Source: an uncultured Acidimicrobiia bacterium
Lineage (GTDB): Bacteria > Acidobacteriota > Terriglobia > Versatilivoradales > Versatilivoraceae
NCBI GenBank assembly: GCA_963786955.1
Contig: CAWBAT010000004.1
Coordinates: 128,001-192,000, forward strand
Length of the DNA stretch: 64,000 nt
Reading direction: 5' to 3'
A model generated the notes under the pieces. The model saw nothing but the letters and a program-made list of their open reading frames with translations. It was not told the DNA's origin and made no database searches. Positions 30,336-39,759 of this stretch are shown piece after piece; position 1 is the stretch's first letter, and the number at the start of each line of letters is the position of its first letter. The position numbers and the translations under genes were made by a program.

Positions 30336-30366
30336 TACAAATCGTTGCCCAAGTGTGCAATGAGAC

Positions 30367-30966
30367 CTACATGTCTGCAAAATTCTTCAGGATCTGCAGA
30401 CCCACTTGCTGGCTCTTCTCCGGGTGGAATTGCGTGGCCCACACATTCTTACGGTTTGTAATGGCGGGGAACTCGATGCCGTAATCCGAGGTTGCCAAGA
30501 CATCGTCCTGATTTTGCGGACTGGCATAATAGGAATGAACAAAATAGACGAAACTGCCTTCTTCTATCCCCCTCAGCAGTGGGTCCGGGCGTTTAATATG
30601 AAGCTGATTCCATCCGATATGTGGGACCTTTAATCCCGCGGGGATGCGCACAACATTCCCCGGGATAAAATTAAGCCCGGAATGTTTCCCAAACTCCTCA
30701 CTTTCGCTGAACAGAAGCTGTAAGCCGAGGCAAAGCCCGAGCAGCGGCGTGCCGGCTTCCACTTTTTCGCGGATAACCCCGTCCAGATTCTTCGCCTTTA
30801 AGTTGCTCATGGCATCGGCAAAAGCCCCCACGCCAGGTAGAACCATCTTATCAGCCTTGCGTATCTCTTCCGGCGCATTCGTTGCCAACACATCGACCCC
30901 AAGACTTTGAAAGGCTTTCTCCACACTGCGCAGATTGTTAATCGCGTAGTCGATGATGGCAATCAT
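30367..30966 (-). CDS. hisH: imidazole glycerol phosphate synthase glutaminase subunit
   Basis: LPGVGAF, GLCLGLQLL, KVPHIGWN, QFHPEKS. Confidence 0.97.
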   Translation of the reverse strand: MIAIIDYAINNLRSVEKAFQSLGVDVLATNAPEEIRKADKMVLPGVGAFADAMSNLKAKNLDGVIREKVEAGTPLLGLCLGLQLLFSESEEFGKHSGLNFIPGNVVRIPAGLKVPHIGWNQLHIKRPDPLLRGIEEGSFVYFVHSYYASPQNQDDVLATSDYGIEFPAITNRKNVWATQFHPEKSQQVGLQILKNFADM

Positions 30967-31601
30967 TAAAGAACCCCTTTAGTCGACGGAATTCCAACCA
31001 CCCGAGGATCTCGGGTTACGGCCATGCAAATGGCCCTGGCGGCTGACTTGAACATGGCTTCCACCATGTGATGCGAATTCTTACCGTAGAGGACCTCCAG
31101 ATGCAAGTTCATGCGGGCCTGTACGGCCATGGCTCGAAAGAATTCCTCAACCAATTCTGTATTCAGCTGACCCACCATCTCGGCGGGAAAATCGGCCCTA
31201 CAAACAATGTAGGCACGCCCTGAAAGATCGACCACGGCTCGACACAGGGCTTCGTCCATGGGAACATAGGCAACCCCGTAGCGGGATATGCCTTCCTTTT
31301 TGGCGAGTGCAACGTTAAGAGCTTCACCGAGAGCGATCCCAACATCTTCTACTGTGTGGTGCCCATCAACCTCAATATCACCCTTACACAGAATCTCCAA
31401 ATCGAACAGACCGTGCCGCGCAAAGAGAGTCAGCATGTGGTCGAAAAAATGGATCCCAGTGGAGATTTTGGACTCTCCTTTGCCGTCCAGGCCTAACCTG
31501 ACGGTGACATCGGTTTCTTTGGTCTTGCGAACGACTTCGCCCACTCGCGCATTAGCCACGTTCTTCCTCCGTCTCTGCCCATTAATAGGGCTTTCTTTCA
31601 C
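30966..31601 (-). CDS. hisB: imidazoleglycerol-phosphate dehydratase
   Basis: RKTKET, FFDHML, DGHHTVED, NSHHMVEA, PSTKG; start may be slightly downstream. Confidence 0.96.
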   Translation of the reverse strand: MKESPINGQRRRKNVANARVGEVVRKTKETDVTVRLGLDGKGESKISTGIHFFDHMLTLFARHGLFDLEILCKGDIEVDGHHTVEDVGIALGEALNVALAKKEGISRYGVAYVPMDEALCRAVVDLSGRAYIVCRADFPAEMVGQLNTELVEEFFRAMAVQARMNLHLEVLYGKNSHHMVEAMFKSAARAICMAVTRDPRVVGIPSTKGVL

Positions 31602-31638
31602 CCTGAGCGTGTGAAAAGAATGGAAAACGCCGCGTGAG

Positions 31639-31751
31639 GTTGGGGCTTTGATAAAGCCCCAAGCCTACAATGATTTCTACGTGCTTATCATCATGTTGTA
31701 GGCATGAAGCATTCTCAATGCTTCATGCCCGACCCGGCGGAATTTCTTCAC
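31639..31751. repeat. divergent pair of GTAG-type REPs between hisC and hisB
   Basis: TTGGGGCTTTGATAAAGCCCCAAGCCTAC followed by GTAGGCATGAAGCATTCTCAATGCTTCATGCC. Confidence 0.75.
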
Positions 31752-31886
31752 ACTTTCCCTGTTTCATCAATGCCATTGATTCACAAACCGTTCCGATGGA
31801 TGCAGGTTGTCGGCTGGTTCATGACAATCTCCAGAAGGCCAGGCTGCATCCATGCCAAGACCTGGCAGATCCCTGCCGGAGGCAAT

Positions 31887-32987
31887 TCAAGAAAGGTCTT
31901 TCCCCGTTACAATCCGCCCCAGGGCTGCTAAGAAAGCATCATTCTCAGCCGGCGTCCCAATGCTGATCCGCAAAAACTGCGACAGCATCGGATAACGGCT
32001 TATGTCTCGGACCAGTATCCCCTCCGCGTATAAGGCATCAAAAATGAGGCTCGGTGCTCGTTTTGTTTCAAACGCAATGAAATTGGCTTCTGAAGGATAA
32101 GCCCGTACCGTTGGAATTTCATTCAGCCGCTGAAACACTCTCTCACGTTCCTCAATCAACAAATCGATCTGAGGCTTCAATAAATCAAAATGTTCAACAG
32201 CCGCTTCAGCGGCGACCATTGAGAAGACGTTCAAATTGTAAGGGAGTTTTGCTTTGGCTATCTCCCCAACGATACCCGGATGACCCAATAAATACCCGAC
32301 CCGCAACCCAGCCATGGCCATCGCTTTTGAAAAGGTCCTCAAAACCACCAGATTCTCGAATTCTTGAAGGAGTGGAACGGCAGTCTTGCGGCTGAATTCG
32401 TGGTACGCTTCATCGACGATCACGAGTCCACAAGCCGCCCTGAGGATCTGGCGTAATTCATCCAGGGTGAGGGCCGTCCCGGTTGGATTATTGGGCGTGC
32501 AGAGAATCGTGACGTCGGCGCTTTGAACCGCCATCAACAGTTTCGGAACATCAAACTTCAGATCAGCCGTCAAATAAACTTCGTTACAATCTCCGCCAAG
32601 AATCGTTGTCATCAATTTGTAAAGAGTAAAGGTCGGCTGGGGAAAAACAACTCGTTTTCCTTTTTCCACGGTTACAAGTAAGAGCGACTGAATAAGCTCG
32701 TTAGAACCATTGCCAACCAATACTCCTTCACTTTTCCATCCTGAAAATGCAGCTAACCGTTTTGTCAATTCTTCCGGGAAGAAGGCCGGGTAGCGGGACC
32801 ACAATTTACGAGCCATCACCTTTTCCACGGCGAGCTTGATCGGAGCCGGCATTTCGTAAGGATTCTCATTTTGATTGATTTTGATCTTCGCTTCGAAATG
32901 CCGGAGCGTATAGGGTGCCGCCTTGAGCACCTCCGGCTTGATGGCCGACAAGCCCTTTTCCATTTTATTATTGGATAAGATTTTCAT
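31887..32987 (-). CDS. hisC: histidinol-phosphate aminotransferase
   Basis: NENPY, GNGSNE, PNNPTG, DEAY, RTFSKA..AGLRVG. Confidence 0.96.
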   Translation of the reverse strand: MKILSNNKMEKGLSAIKPEVLKAAPYTLRHFEAKIKINQNENPYEMPAPIKLAVEKVMARKLWSRYPAFFPEELTKRLAAFSGWKSEGVLVGNGSNELIQSLLLVTVEKGKRVVFPQPTFTLYKLMTTILGGDCNEVYLTADLKFDVPKLLMAVQSADVTILCTPNNPTGTALTLDELRQILRAACGLVIVDEAYHEFSRKTAVPLLQEFENLVVLRTFSKAMAMAGLRVGYLLGHPGIVGEIAKAKLPYNLNVFSMVAAEAAVEHFDLLKPQIDLLIEERERVFQRLNEIPTVRAYPSEANFIAFETKRAPSLIFDALYAEGILVRDISRYPMLSQFLRISIGTPAENDAFLAALGRIVTGKDLS

Positions 32988-33047
32988 AGGCTCAGCCCTT
33001 GGGCTGTACTCATTGACACAGCAACCCCTCTAAGACACCTTTCTCCC

Positions 33048-33281
33048 TCAAACTTTGGGCACAGGAGGAGGTAATACTCTGGCTTTGATTTCTGACTGGA
33101 ATTCCGCTCTCCGATGGCTACCGTCACAAAACGGCTTGTTCTGTGAATGTCCGCAGCGGCAAAGCGAAATGATCTTTCTCCCCGACAGATCAAATGAATT
33201 GCCCTCGGAATCACAAATGATGAAATCCCCTTCTATTTTAATGGACCCGTTATTGTTAACAACAATTTTGGTTTCAGGCAT
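33048..33281 (-). CDS. CDGSH iron-sulfur domain protein
   Basis: LCRCGHSQNKPFCDGSH. Confidence 0.95.
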   Translation of the reverse strand: MPETKIVVNNNGSIKIEGDFIICDSEGNSFDLSGRKIISLCRCGHSQNKPFCDGSHRRAEFQSEIKARVLPPPVPKV

Positions 33282-33438
33282 TGAACTCTCCCTTTCGATC
33301 GATTTATTCCGGCCTTAGAATGACACAGATCAGGAGAATGGATCAAGTTTGACTGGATACAGTTGATTGCATTCAGCCATTCAGTGTTATCATCACTACC
33401 CATTTGAGACACACAAGAACGATGACTCTCCGCCCAGC

Positions 33439-34323
33439 ATGATTTTGTCAAAATCAAGTCTTGGTTTTGTGTTATCCGTGATCCCAGCGTTGCTCTGGTC
33501 AACCTCTGGCGTCTTGGGAAAAGTCCTGCTCACCGGGACATTAACTCCGTCGCGTTTGGTTTTCTATCGAAGCCTGCTGGGCTCTCTGCTGCTATTTCTG
33601 ATCCTCCTTATCCGTGACAAATCGCTCCTCCGATTAAGCTGGAAAGACCTTCCCTTCTTCCTCTGTATGGGTATTTTCGGTCTCGCGTTCACGCAATTCA
33701 CCTATTACGCCGCCATTCAATCCCTGGATGTCGGTTTTGCCATTTTGCTCCAATACTTGGCTCCCCTGTGGATTCTCTTGTTTGAGCGTTTCTATTACAA
33801 GATGCCTCTGAGTTATTCGAAGATCACGGCACTGGGGTTCGCGCTTTTGGGTTGCTTCATGATTTCGACAGCAACTCCGAATTTCGACAGACTAGGCTTT
33901 CGAGGCCTCATCCTGGGAGTGACTGCGGGGATCTGTTTTGCGGCCTATGGTTTGATGACGAAACATGCTCTGAAATCGCACCATGCTTTAAACGTTTTGT
34001 TTTATAGCCTATTGTTTACGGCCATGTTTTGGGGAATTTTCGGACCCGGATCGCGGGCGCCCGTATCGGAAATTGAAGGGACGAAGGTGTGGATCATCTT
34101 CTATGTGGCCATCTTCGGTACGGTCGTGCCTTATCTGGTCTATCTTTACGCATTAAGACTGCTTGAGGCCAGCCGAGTGGGAATTATCAGTACACTTGAG
34201 CCCGTTTTTGCAGCGGCAATCGCCTGGATGTATTTGGGTGAGAACCTTTCCCTACTCCAGATCGTCGGAGGGGGATGTGTCCTTTTGGCTATTAGTATTC
34301 TTCAATCGGGGCAGAACCAGTGA
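33439..34323 (+). CDS. EamA/DMT family transporter
   Basis: About 10 TM helices, LLQYLAP, STLEPVFA, LGENLS. Confidence 0.9.
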   Translation: MILSKSSLGFVLSVIPALLWSTSGVLGKVLLTGTLTPSRLVFYRSLLGSLLLFLILLIRDKSLLRLSWKDLPFFLCMGIFGLAFTQFTYYAAIQSLDVGFAILLQYLAPLWILLFERFYYKMPLSYSKITALGFALLGCFMISTATPNFDRLGFRGLILGVTAGICFAAYGLMTKHALKSHHALNVLFYSLLFTAMFWGIFGPGSRAPVSEIEGTKVWIIFYVAIFGTVVPYLVYLYALRLLEASRVGIISTLEPVFAAAIAWMYLGENLSLLQIVGGGCVLLAISILQSGQNQ

Positions 34324-34441
34324 CCTGGATTGGGAATCCTCTGGCTTCATTTTGAGCTGCACCCGTGGGCTTTTGAGAGGCCGGAAACGTTACGTTGCCG
34401 GAGGTAGCCTAGGGCGTGGTCGTCGCGAAACCTTTTGTGAA

Positions 34442-35482
34442 TTATTCCTCGCCCTTGGTTTTGATCTGGGCCATTTGCTGAAGAATCCGCTGGTTTTCAG
34501 ACGAATCTGGATGCAATCGTAAGAATTCCTCCAATTCCCGAAGCGCTGAATCCGATTGACTCATTCGCTGATATATACCGGCCAGAACCAGCTGCGGTTG
34601 AGAATAATGCAACGGATCGATCTGCTTTGCGCGGATCAAATAGCCGACAGCCTGGTCGTCCTCGTGAAGCGCCACATAATTCAATCCAAGCAGCGCATTG
34701 GCCATCGCATCGAAAGACTGCGAGTGAAGTGCTTTGAGGTTGTAAGGCAGGGCTTCTTCAGGTTTTCCCTCAGAAAGCAAGGTCTCGCCAAGATTCACCA
34801 GAGGTTCGTAAGCTTTCGGGTCTTCCTCTAAAGCTCGGCGAAAAGTCTCTTCTGCCTTGGCATAGTCTTTTCGAAAGAAATAAACCGTGCCGAGGCGATT
34901 CAATGCCGTGATGAATCGCGGCGCCAACCGGATGGCCTCTTCGAGATGATGAATCCCGTTTTCAATTTGGCCTTTAAGCAATGCCTCATCGGCGTGGGCA
35001 TATTCGTTTTGTGCTTTGGGAGGAACGGCCAATTCCATCCACGAAACAACCTGTGGTTTGTTTCTGATTGAATTAAAGGAGCGAGGATTCAGAATAATGA
35101 CCTTGATGATTCGCCCTTTCTCATCGGCATTGGCAGGATTGATTTCCAAAGTCATGCGCTGCTCTGCCCGCTTGTTCACCTCTGCCACGAGCGTATACGA
35201 GCCTGCCTCCAGATTGCGGAAGCGAAAACTCCCGCAAAGATCAGTCCAGCCGGAAGAAGAATAAGGGTGCAAGTTCCCCGTTAAGCCGACAAAAGCGTAG
35301 GCCTTTTTGGAATTCTGTTCAGTGCCGATTCGAATTTCTCCAAAGAGCTCGAACCTTGTGGGGACGGAGGCAGGCTTCAATTTAGCCTCCGCTGCAAAGG
35401 AGGTTTGGAAAGTATTCAACATCCCCAGCGCAAGGAAAAGAAACTGGAGTTTGATAAATCTCGATGTAGCATTGCCATCCAT
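34442..35482 (-). CDS. exported TPR protein with N-terminal carboxypeptidase-regulatory-like domain
   Basis: Signal peptide, G.FRFRNL.AG.Y beta domain, tandem TPR helices; start uncertain. Confidence 0.8.
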   Translation of the reverse strand: MDGNATSRFIKLQFLFLALGMLNTFQTSFAAEAKLKPASVPTRFELFGEIRIGTEQNSKKAYAFVGLTGNLHPYSSSGWTDLCGSFRFRNLEAGSYTLVAEVNKRAEQRMTLEINPANADEKGRIIKVIILNPRSFNSIRNKPQVVSWMELAVPPKAQNEYAHADEALLKGQIENGIHHLEEAIRLAPRFITALNRLGTVYFFRKDYAKAEETFRRALEEDPKAYEPLVNLGETLLSEGKPEEALPYNLKALHSQSFDAMANALLGLNYVALHEDDQAVGYLIRAKQIDPLHYSQPQLVLAGIYQRMSQSDSALRELEEFLRLHPDSSENQRILQQMAQIKTKGEE

Positions 35483-35611
35483 GGAATCACCGTGGAGGAC
35501 GAAATTTGCCCGATAGTTATCTAAATTACCCTCGATATTGTTATATTTTATCATCCTCCAAAAATCCTGCAAGGGAAACAAATTAATCGTATCGGGTTAT
35601 TTTCCGGTGAC

Positions 35612-35763
35612 CCGCGGGTGGCGAAGACATCGTTTTGTGATGTCTTCGATTTTTTTACGAAATCAGCTCTTCCGATTGCACACGGAAAGCCCGCAGAGAA
35701 AACGTATTGGTGTTGGCAAGGACGCTGATGCATGGCACTGGGCCGAGCAAGTTCAGGCATCTC
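35612..35763 (+). repeat. repeat module A, copy 1
   Basis: Direct repeat of 37648-37797; begins with the GGGTGGCGAAGACATC-N-GATGTCTTCGA hairpin. Confidence 0.9.
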
Positions 35764-36079
35764 AGTCGTGTCACTTTCTCCTTCCAAAGATGAATTAATT
35801 TAAGCCTTGCTTCACCATACTTAAATCCTAAAGGCAGTCACTTGGGTGGACTGAATGGAGATCGAACAAAATCGTTAATAATTGAAACAGCGTCAGGTAT
35901 ACTTTGTCCGTCCCGAATACCAAAAGCGAGTTCTCGATGAAAGCGAGCTGCTACCCAATTGGAGCACTACCGAGGCGGCAAAGACAAAAGAACGAGAAAC
36001 GCTTTCCCACAGGGGATATCTATGCTCTCATCTGCCAAGTTGGTAGATCAGAGTGAATGCATTAAATGAGGAGTCACGA

Positions 36080-37534
36080 ATGAAGAGATACAAGGCCGGT
36101 CTCATCATGCCCCACCCCGAAGACCAGAAGTGGGATAGCGTTTGGAAGATTTTCCGGTTTCCCAATCTGAATCTACCGACCCTTGCCGCGCTCATGCCTC
36201 AGGAGGAATGGGACATCGAGATTCAAGATGAGTTGGTGGGTCCGCTTAACTTCGAGCGCGATTATGACCTTGTCCTGATCAGCGTCACAACTTCTGTAGC
36301 AATCAAGTCCTACGAGGTAGCGCGGATCTTTCGCGCGAACGGCGCCACGGTCGTACTGGGAGGAATTCATCCGTCTGCGCTTCCGGAAGAGGCGGCCCAG
36401 CACGCGGATGCAGTGGTGATCGGCGAAGCGGAACTAACCTTGCCGCGCCTGCTCGACGATTTCAAAGAGGGACGGCTTGAAACTTTCTACCGAATGCCCG
36501 GAATGGTGGGGACATGGGACCAGAAGTTGCCTCGCTGGGATCTTTTGGACTCGAAGGGGTACCTGTTCCGCGAGTCCATGACTGCTACACGCGGCTGCAA
36601 CTACCGCTGCACGTTTTGCTCGATTCATCTGGCTTTGGGCGGGGGGGAGTACGGTTACCGAAAGCGTCCGCCCCAGGAAATCGCCCGGATTGTCGAGGGC
36701 ATCGAGGGGTCGTTCGTCATGTTTTGGGATGATGATCTGTTGTCCGAACCGCGCTATACGGCAGATCTCTGCCGGGAGCTGAAACCCCTGAAGAAGCACT
36801 GGATGAGTCAGATGAGCGCCACGTACGCTGCCCAACATCCCGAGGTGCTCAAGCTGCTCTCTGAAAGCGGATGCACGGCAATGTTCATGGGCCTGGAATC
36901 CATCAGTCAGGGCTCGCTCAAGTCAGTCAACAAGCAGAACAACGCAGCGCAATACGAGGAAACGCTCCGGCGCATACATGACAACGGCATCGACATTCAT
37001 GCCGGGTTCGTCTCCGGTCTTGACCACGAGGATGTCCACAGCTTCGAACAGACCGTCGAGTGGGCGAATCGGGTCGGACTGTGTGGCGCGATTTTCCGGA
37101 TCCTCACTCCCTATCCGGGAACAAGGCAATTTGAGGAACTCAGGGCCGCCGGCCGCCTCCTGACCACAGATTGGACCAGCTACAGCGGCGAGCACGTGGT
37201 TTTCCGACCGCTCAAAATGAGCGTTGAAGAGCTATACTGGGGGCACAAGTGGGCTAAGCGCCAGTTCTATTCATTTCGGTCGATCGGGGAGCGCGCTGTC
37301 CGGCGCGCCAAGATCCATGGGCCGGGGGAACTGTTGAACACCTTTGGCGTAGGGATGGGCTACCGCGCCATGTTCCATCTTCCCATTGAGGATCTACCCG
37401 TGAATGTGTACAGGGACAAAGGACACCTACCGCCTCAGCCTCAGCCTATCCCATACCGGTTTCCTTATCCTCCCGTGAATAATCTGAAACTGTCGATCAT
37501 GAACCGTCTCTCTGACTTGGTTCCATTCGGGTAA
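36080..37534 (+). CDS. cobalamin-binding radical SAM protein
   Basis: B12-binding domain (VVLGGIHPSALPEEA, VVIGEAE), CNYRCTFC, LTPYPGT; RBS GAGGAG before ATG 36080. Confidence 0.93.
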   Translation: MKRYKAGLIMPHPEDQKWDSVWKIFRFPNLNLPTLAALMPQEEWDIEIQDELVGPLNFERDYDLVLISVTTSVAIKSYEVARIFRANGATVVLGGIHPSALPEEAAQHADAVVIGEAELTLPRLLDDFKEGRLETFYRMPGMVGTWDQKLPRWDLLDSKGYLFRESMTATRGCNYRCTFCSIHLALGGGEYGYRKRPPQEIARIVEGIEGSFVMFWDDDLLSEPRYTADLCRELKPLKKHWMSQMSATYAAQHPEVLKLLSESGCTAMFMGLESISQGSLKSVNKQNNAAQYEETLRRIHDNGIDIHAGFVSGLDHEDVHSFEQTVEWANRVGLCGAIFRILTPYPGTRQFEELRAAGRLLTTDWTSYSGEHVVFRPLKMSVEELYWGHKWAKRQFYSFRSIGERAVRRAKIHGPGELLNTFGVGMGYRAMFHLPIEDLPVNVYRDKGHLPPQPQPIPYRFPYPPVNNLKLSIMNRLSDLVPFG

Positions 37535-37647
37535 GCTATGTCGTGCTCTTCATAGCATTGCTTCCTCCGACTGGGACAAGAGCAGGGAAATGGGGTCATG
37601 ACTCGATATTAGATTCTGCTGCAAAACCCATCCTGATAGGCTAAAAA

Positions 37648-37797
37648 CCGCGGGTGGCGAAGACATCGTTTTGCGATGTCTTCGATTCTTTTACGAAATC
37701 AGCTCTTCCGATTGCACACGGAAAGCCGCCGAGAAACCTATTGGCGTTGGCAAGGACGCTGATGCATGGCACTGGGTCGGGCAAGTCCAGGCATCTC
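37648..37797 (+). repeat. repeat module A, copy 2
   Basis: Direct repeat of 35612-35763. Confidence 0.9.
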
Positions 37798-37829
37798 TGA
37801 AATGTCAAGCCACCCTCTTTCATGAAAAA

Positions 37830-38099
37830 AACGGCAGGAAATCTGCACCTACGCGACTTCTCAAGAAATAGAGTGAATTATTTCCCATTGCTGATGAATC
37901 ATACCCGCTCAATGCCGCATAAAATCAGGGGGGTTGCGGCAGAATCCGATGTCAAACCTGAGCCCCCTCTCTTCCCTGTTTCCTCATTTCTCTTACATAA
38001 AGCTGCTGCTTCGAAGACATGCAAATGACGCATGTCTTCGCCACCCGCCCATCTTGCTTCTCAGTTCTTGAATAATGAGATGTGGTGACCCCTTTTTTC
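37830..38099 (+). repeat. repeat module B, copy 1
   Basis: About 270-bp direct repeat of 41741-42007; contains the inverted REP hairpin at 38010-38046 and ends TGACCCCTTTTTTC. Confidence 0.92.
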
Positions 38100-38289
38100 T
38101 CCTTTTTCCTATCCGGCGAACAGTTCGGGCAGGGTTTCGGCGATGGCGTCCATCTCGCAAGCGAAATAACTATCGGGTGGATGTGAAAATGGCCTGTGCC
38201 GGCGATTTTATGTGGCAGACCGGCGCGGTCGGTTGCTATAATTTATAGCCTCGAATGAGACCGGCGTAGCGAAACACCCTGAAGAAGCC

Positions 38290-38319
38290 TTGACTTGTGG
38301 CTTTGTAAGCAAATATTCT
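38290..38319 (+). promoter_or_regulatory. possible sigma70 promoter of the propeller-mbnH-mbnP operon
   Basis: TTGACT-N18-TATTCT. Confidence 0.3.
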
Positions 38320-38425
38320 TTTTCAGATAAACCCGACGCAAGAGTCATTCCGCCTTGAACCACCCAGCGTCATGTAAAAGCGGGCGCATGAAAAACGAAT
38401 CCTATCAGTTCATTATTGGAGGTCC

Positions 38426-39754
38426 ATGATGACCCAATCGACAAAGCTCAGATTCTTTCCCCTGTACGCCCTGCTCCTGCTGATGTTGCCAGGGTGTTCC
38501 GACAAGCGGGAGGGCGGCGCCGCTCGCCGCAATGTCGAAGAGAGCCAGGCCCTGGTGCTGCTGCGTGGCCTGCCCACACTCGGCACCACCCACAGCGTCG
38601 CCATCGTCGAACTGAACCCGGACGCGGCGAATTTCGGTGCGATACTACAGGAGTTCGAACTTCCGAACCTCGCGTTCCCAATGCACCACCTTTACTACAG
38701 CCCTAACGGGCGGCTGTACTCGACCGGTCTTGACCCCAAGTGCAGCCTGGCCGAAATTGGCCTGTCGCGCAACGCCAACGGGGCCGCAGTGATCAACGGC
38801 GTCAAATGCCTCGATACCGGCGGTCAACAGGTCGGTGAAGACATCATCTGGCACAGCGTCAACGGCAAGGAATACATGTTCGTGACCTTCATGGGTGGCA
38901 CTGGCGTGGACCAGCCCGACTGCGGCTCGGTCGGCGTGTTCGATCCGCAGACTAATGCAGTTATCAAGATCGTCCAGGCGCGCAAGAGCGTTGTGGCCAA
39001 GGGTGCGCCATACATCATGTACCCGCACGGCATATCGGCGTACCAGGATCGCATGGTGCTTGGCTCTGCGGTTCACCCGGATCTCAAGACCGGCGTCGGT
39101 GATGCGATTGCCGTCATCGACCTGAACACCTTCGAGCCGATCCAGAACATCGTCGTCCAAGACGCGAAGCCGGTGGGCTTTCCATCGTCGCCGGTCGAAG
39201 TACTTTTTGTGCGACCCAGCATCGTGCCGGGCGTCGCGCCGGCCGTGCTGGTCAATACGATGTTCGGATTTGAAGTCTGGAAGATCCCGTACAACGAGGC
39301 GGACAAGAGTTTCGGCGTCCCCGTGAAGTTATACGACGGGGCGAAAGCGGGCACCGGAGTCCCACTCGAGTTCTATGGTAACGCGACCGAGTTGTTCGTC
39401 AGCCACGCTCTGCCGGGCGTCGTGAAGCGCTATAAACTCTCGGGCCTGCCTGAACTCGTTCCCTCGGGCGCGGACATCAAAGCCGAGGTGGGTGCGCACC
39501 ATATGATCTTTTTCACCACCGCCGCTGGCCGCAAGGTCATTGCAATACAGAACAACCTGCTGAATCTCGGCAACAAGGCCGACAACGATCCGACCGATGT
39601 CGATTTCATCGCCAAGCTCAACGCGCATTCGATCACCGTGCACGACCTGCAGAGCGGTGAGCTCATCGCAAAGGTCAACTTCAAGGAGCGCTACAAGAAG
39701 GGCGTCGAGAACATCGAGGCGCTGTTCGGCTCCGGCTTCGTGCACCACCATTGA
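38426..39754 (+). CDS. His-motif beta-propeller-like lipoprotein, unknown function
   Basis: Lipobox LPGC; repeated blade-like motifs (SVGVFDP.TN..IK, AIAVIDLNT); MHHLYYSP, YPHGIS, GAHHMIF, C-terminal VHHH. Confidence 0.75.
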   Translation: MMTQSTKLRFFPLYALLLLMLPGCSDKREGGAARRNVEESQALVLLRGLPTLGTTHSVAIVELNPDAANFGAILQEFELPNLAFPMHHLYYSPNGRLYSTGLDPKCSLAEIGLSRNANGAAVINGVKCLDTGGQQVGEDIIWHSVNGKEYMFVTFMGGTGVDQPDCGSVGVFDPQTNAVIKIVQARKSVVAKGAPYIMYPHGISAYQDRMVLGSAVHPDLKTGVGDAIAVIDLNTFEPIQNIVVQDAKPVGFPSSPVEVLFVRPSIVPGVAPAVLVNTMFGFEVWKIPYNEADKSFGVPVKLYDGAKAGTGVPLEFYGNATELFVSHALPGVVKRYKLSGLPELVPSGADIKAEVGAHHMIFFTTAAGRKVIAIQNNLLNLGNKADNDPTDVDFIAKLNAHSITVHDLQSGELIAKVNFKERYKKGVENIEALFGSGFVHHH

Positions 39755-39759
39755 CGTCT

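Noticed and set aside
35780-36079. Cobalamin riboswitch or RiPP precursor before the radical SAM gene
   Set aside because: No B12-box consensus; the small ORFs lack leader/core features and no peptidase or transporter is adjacent.
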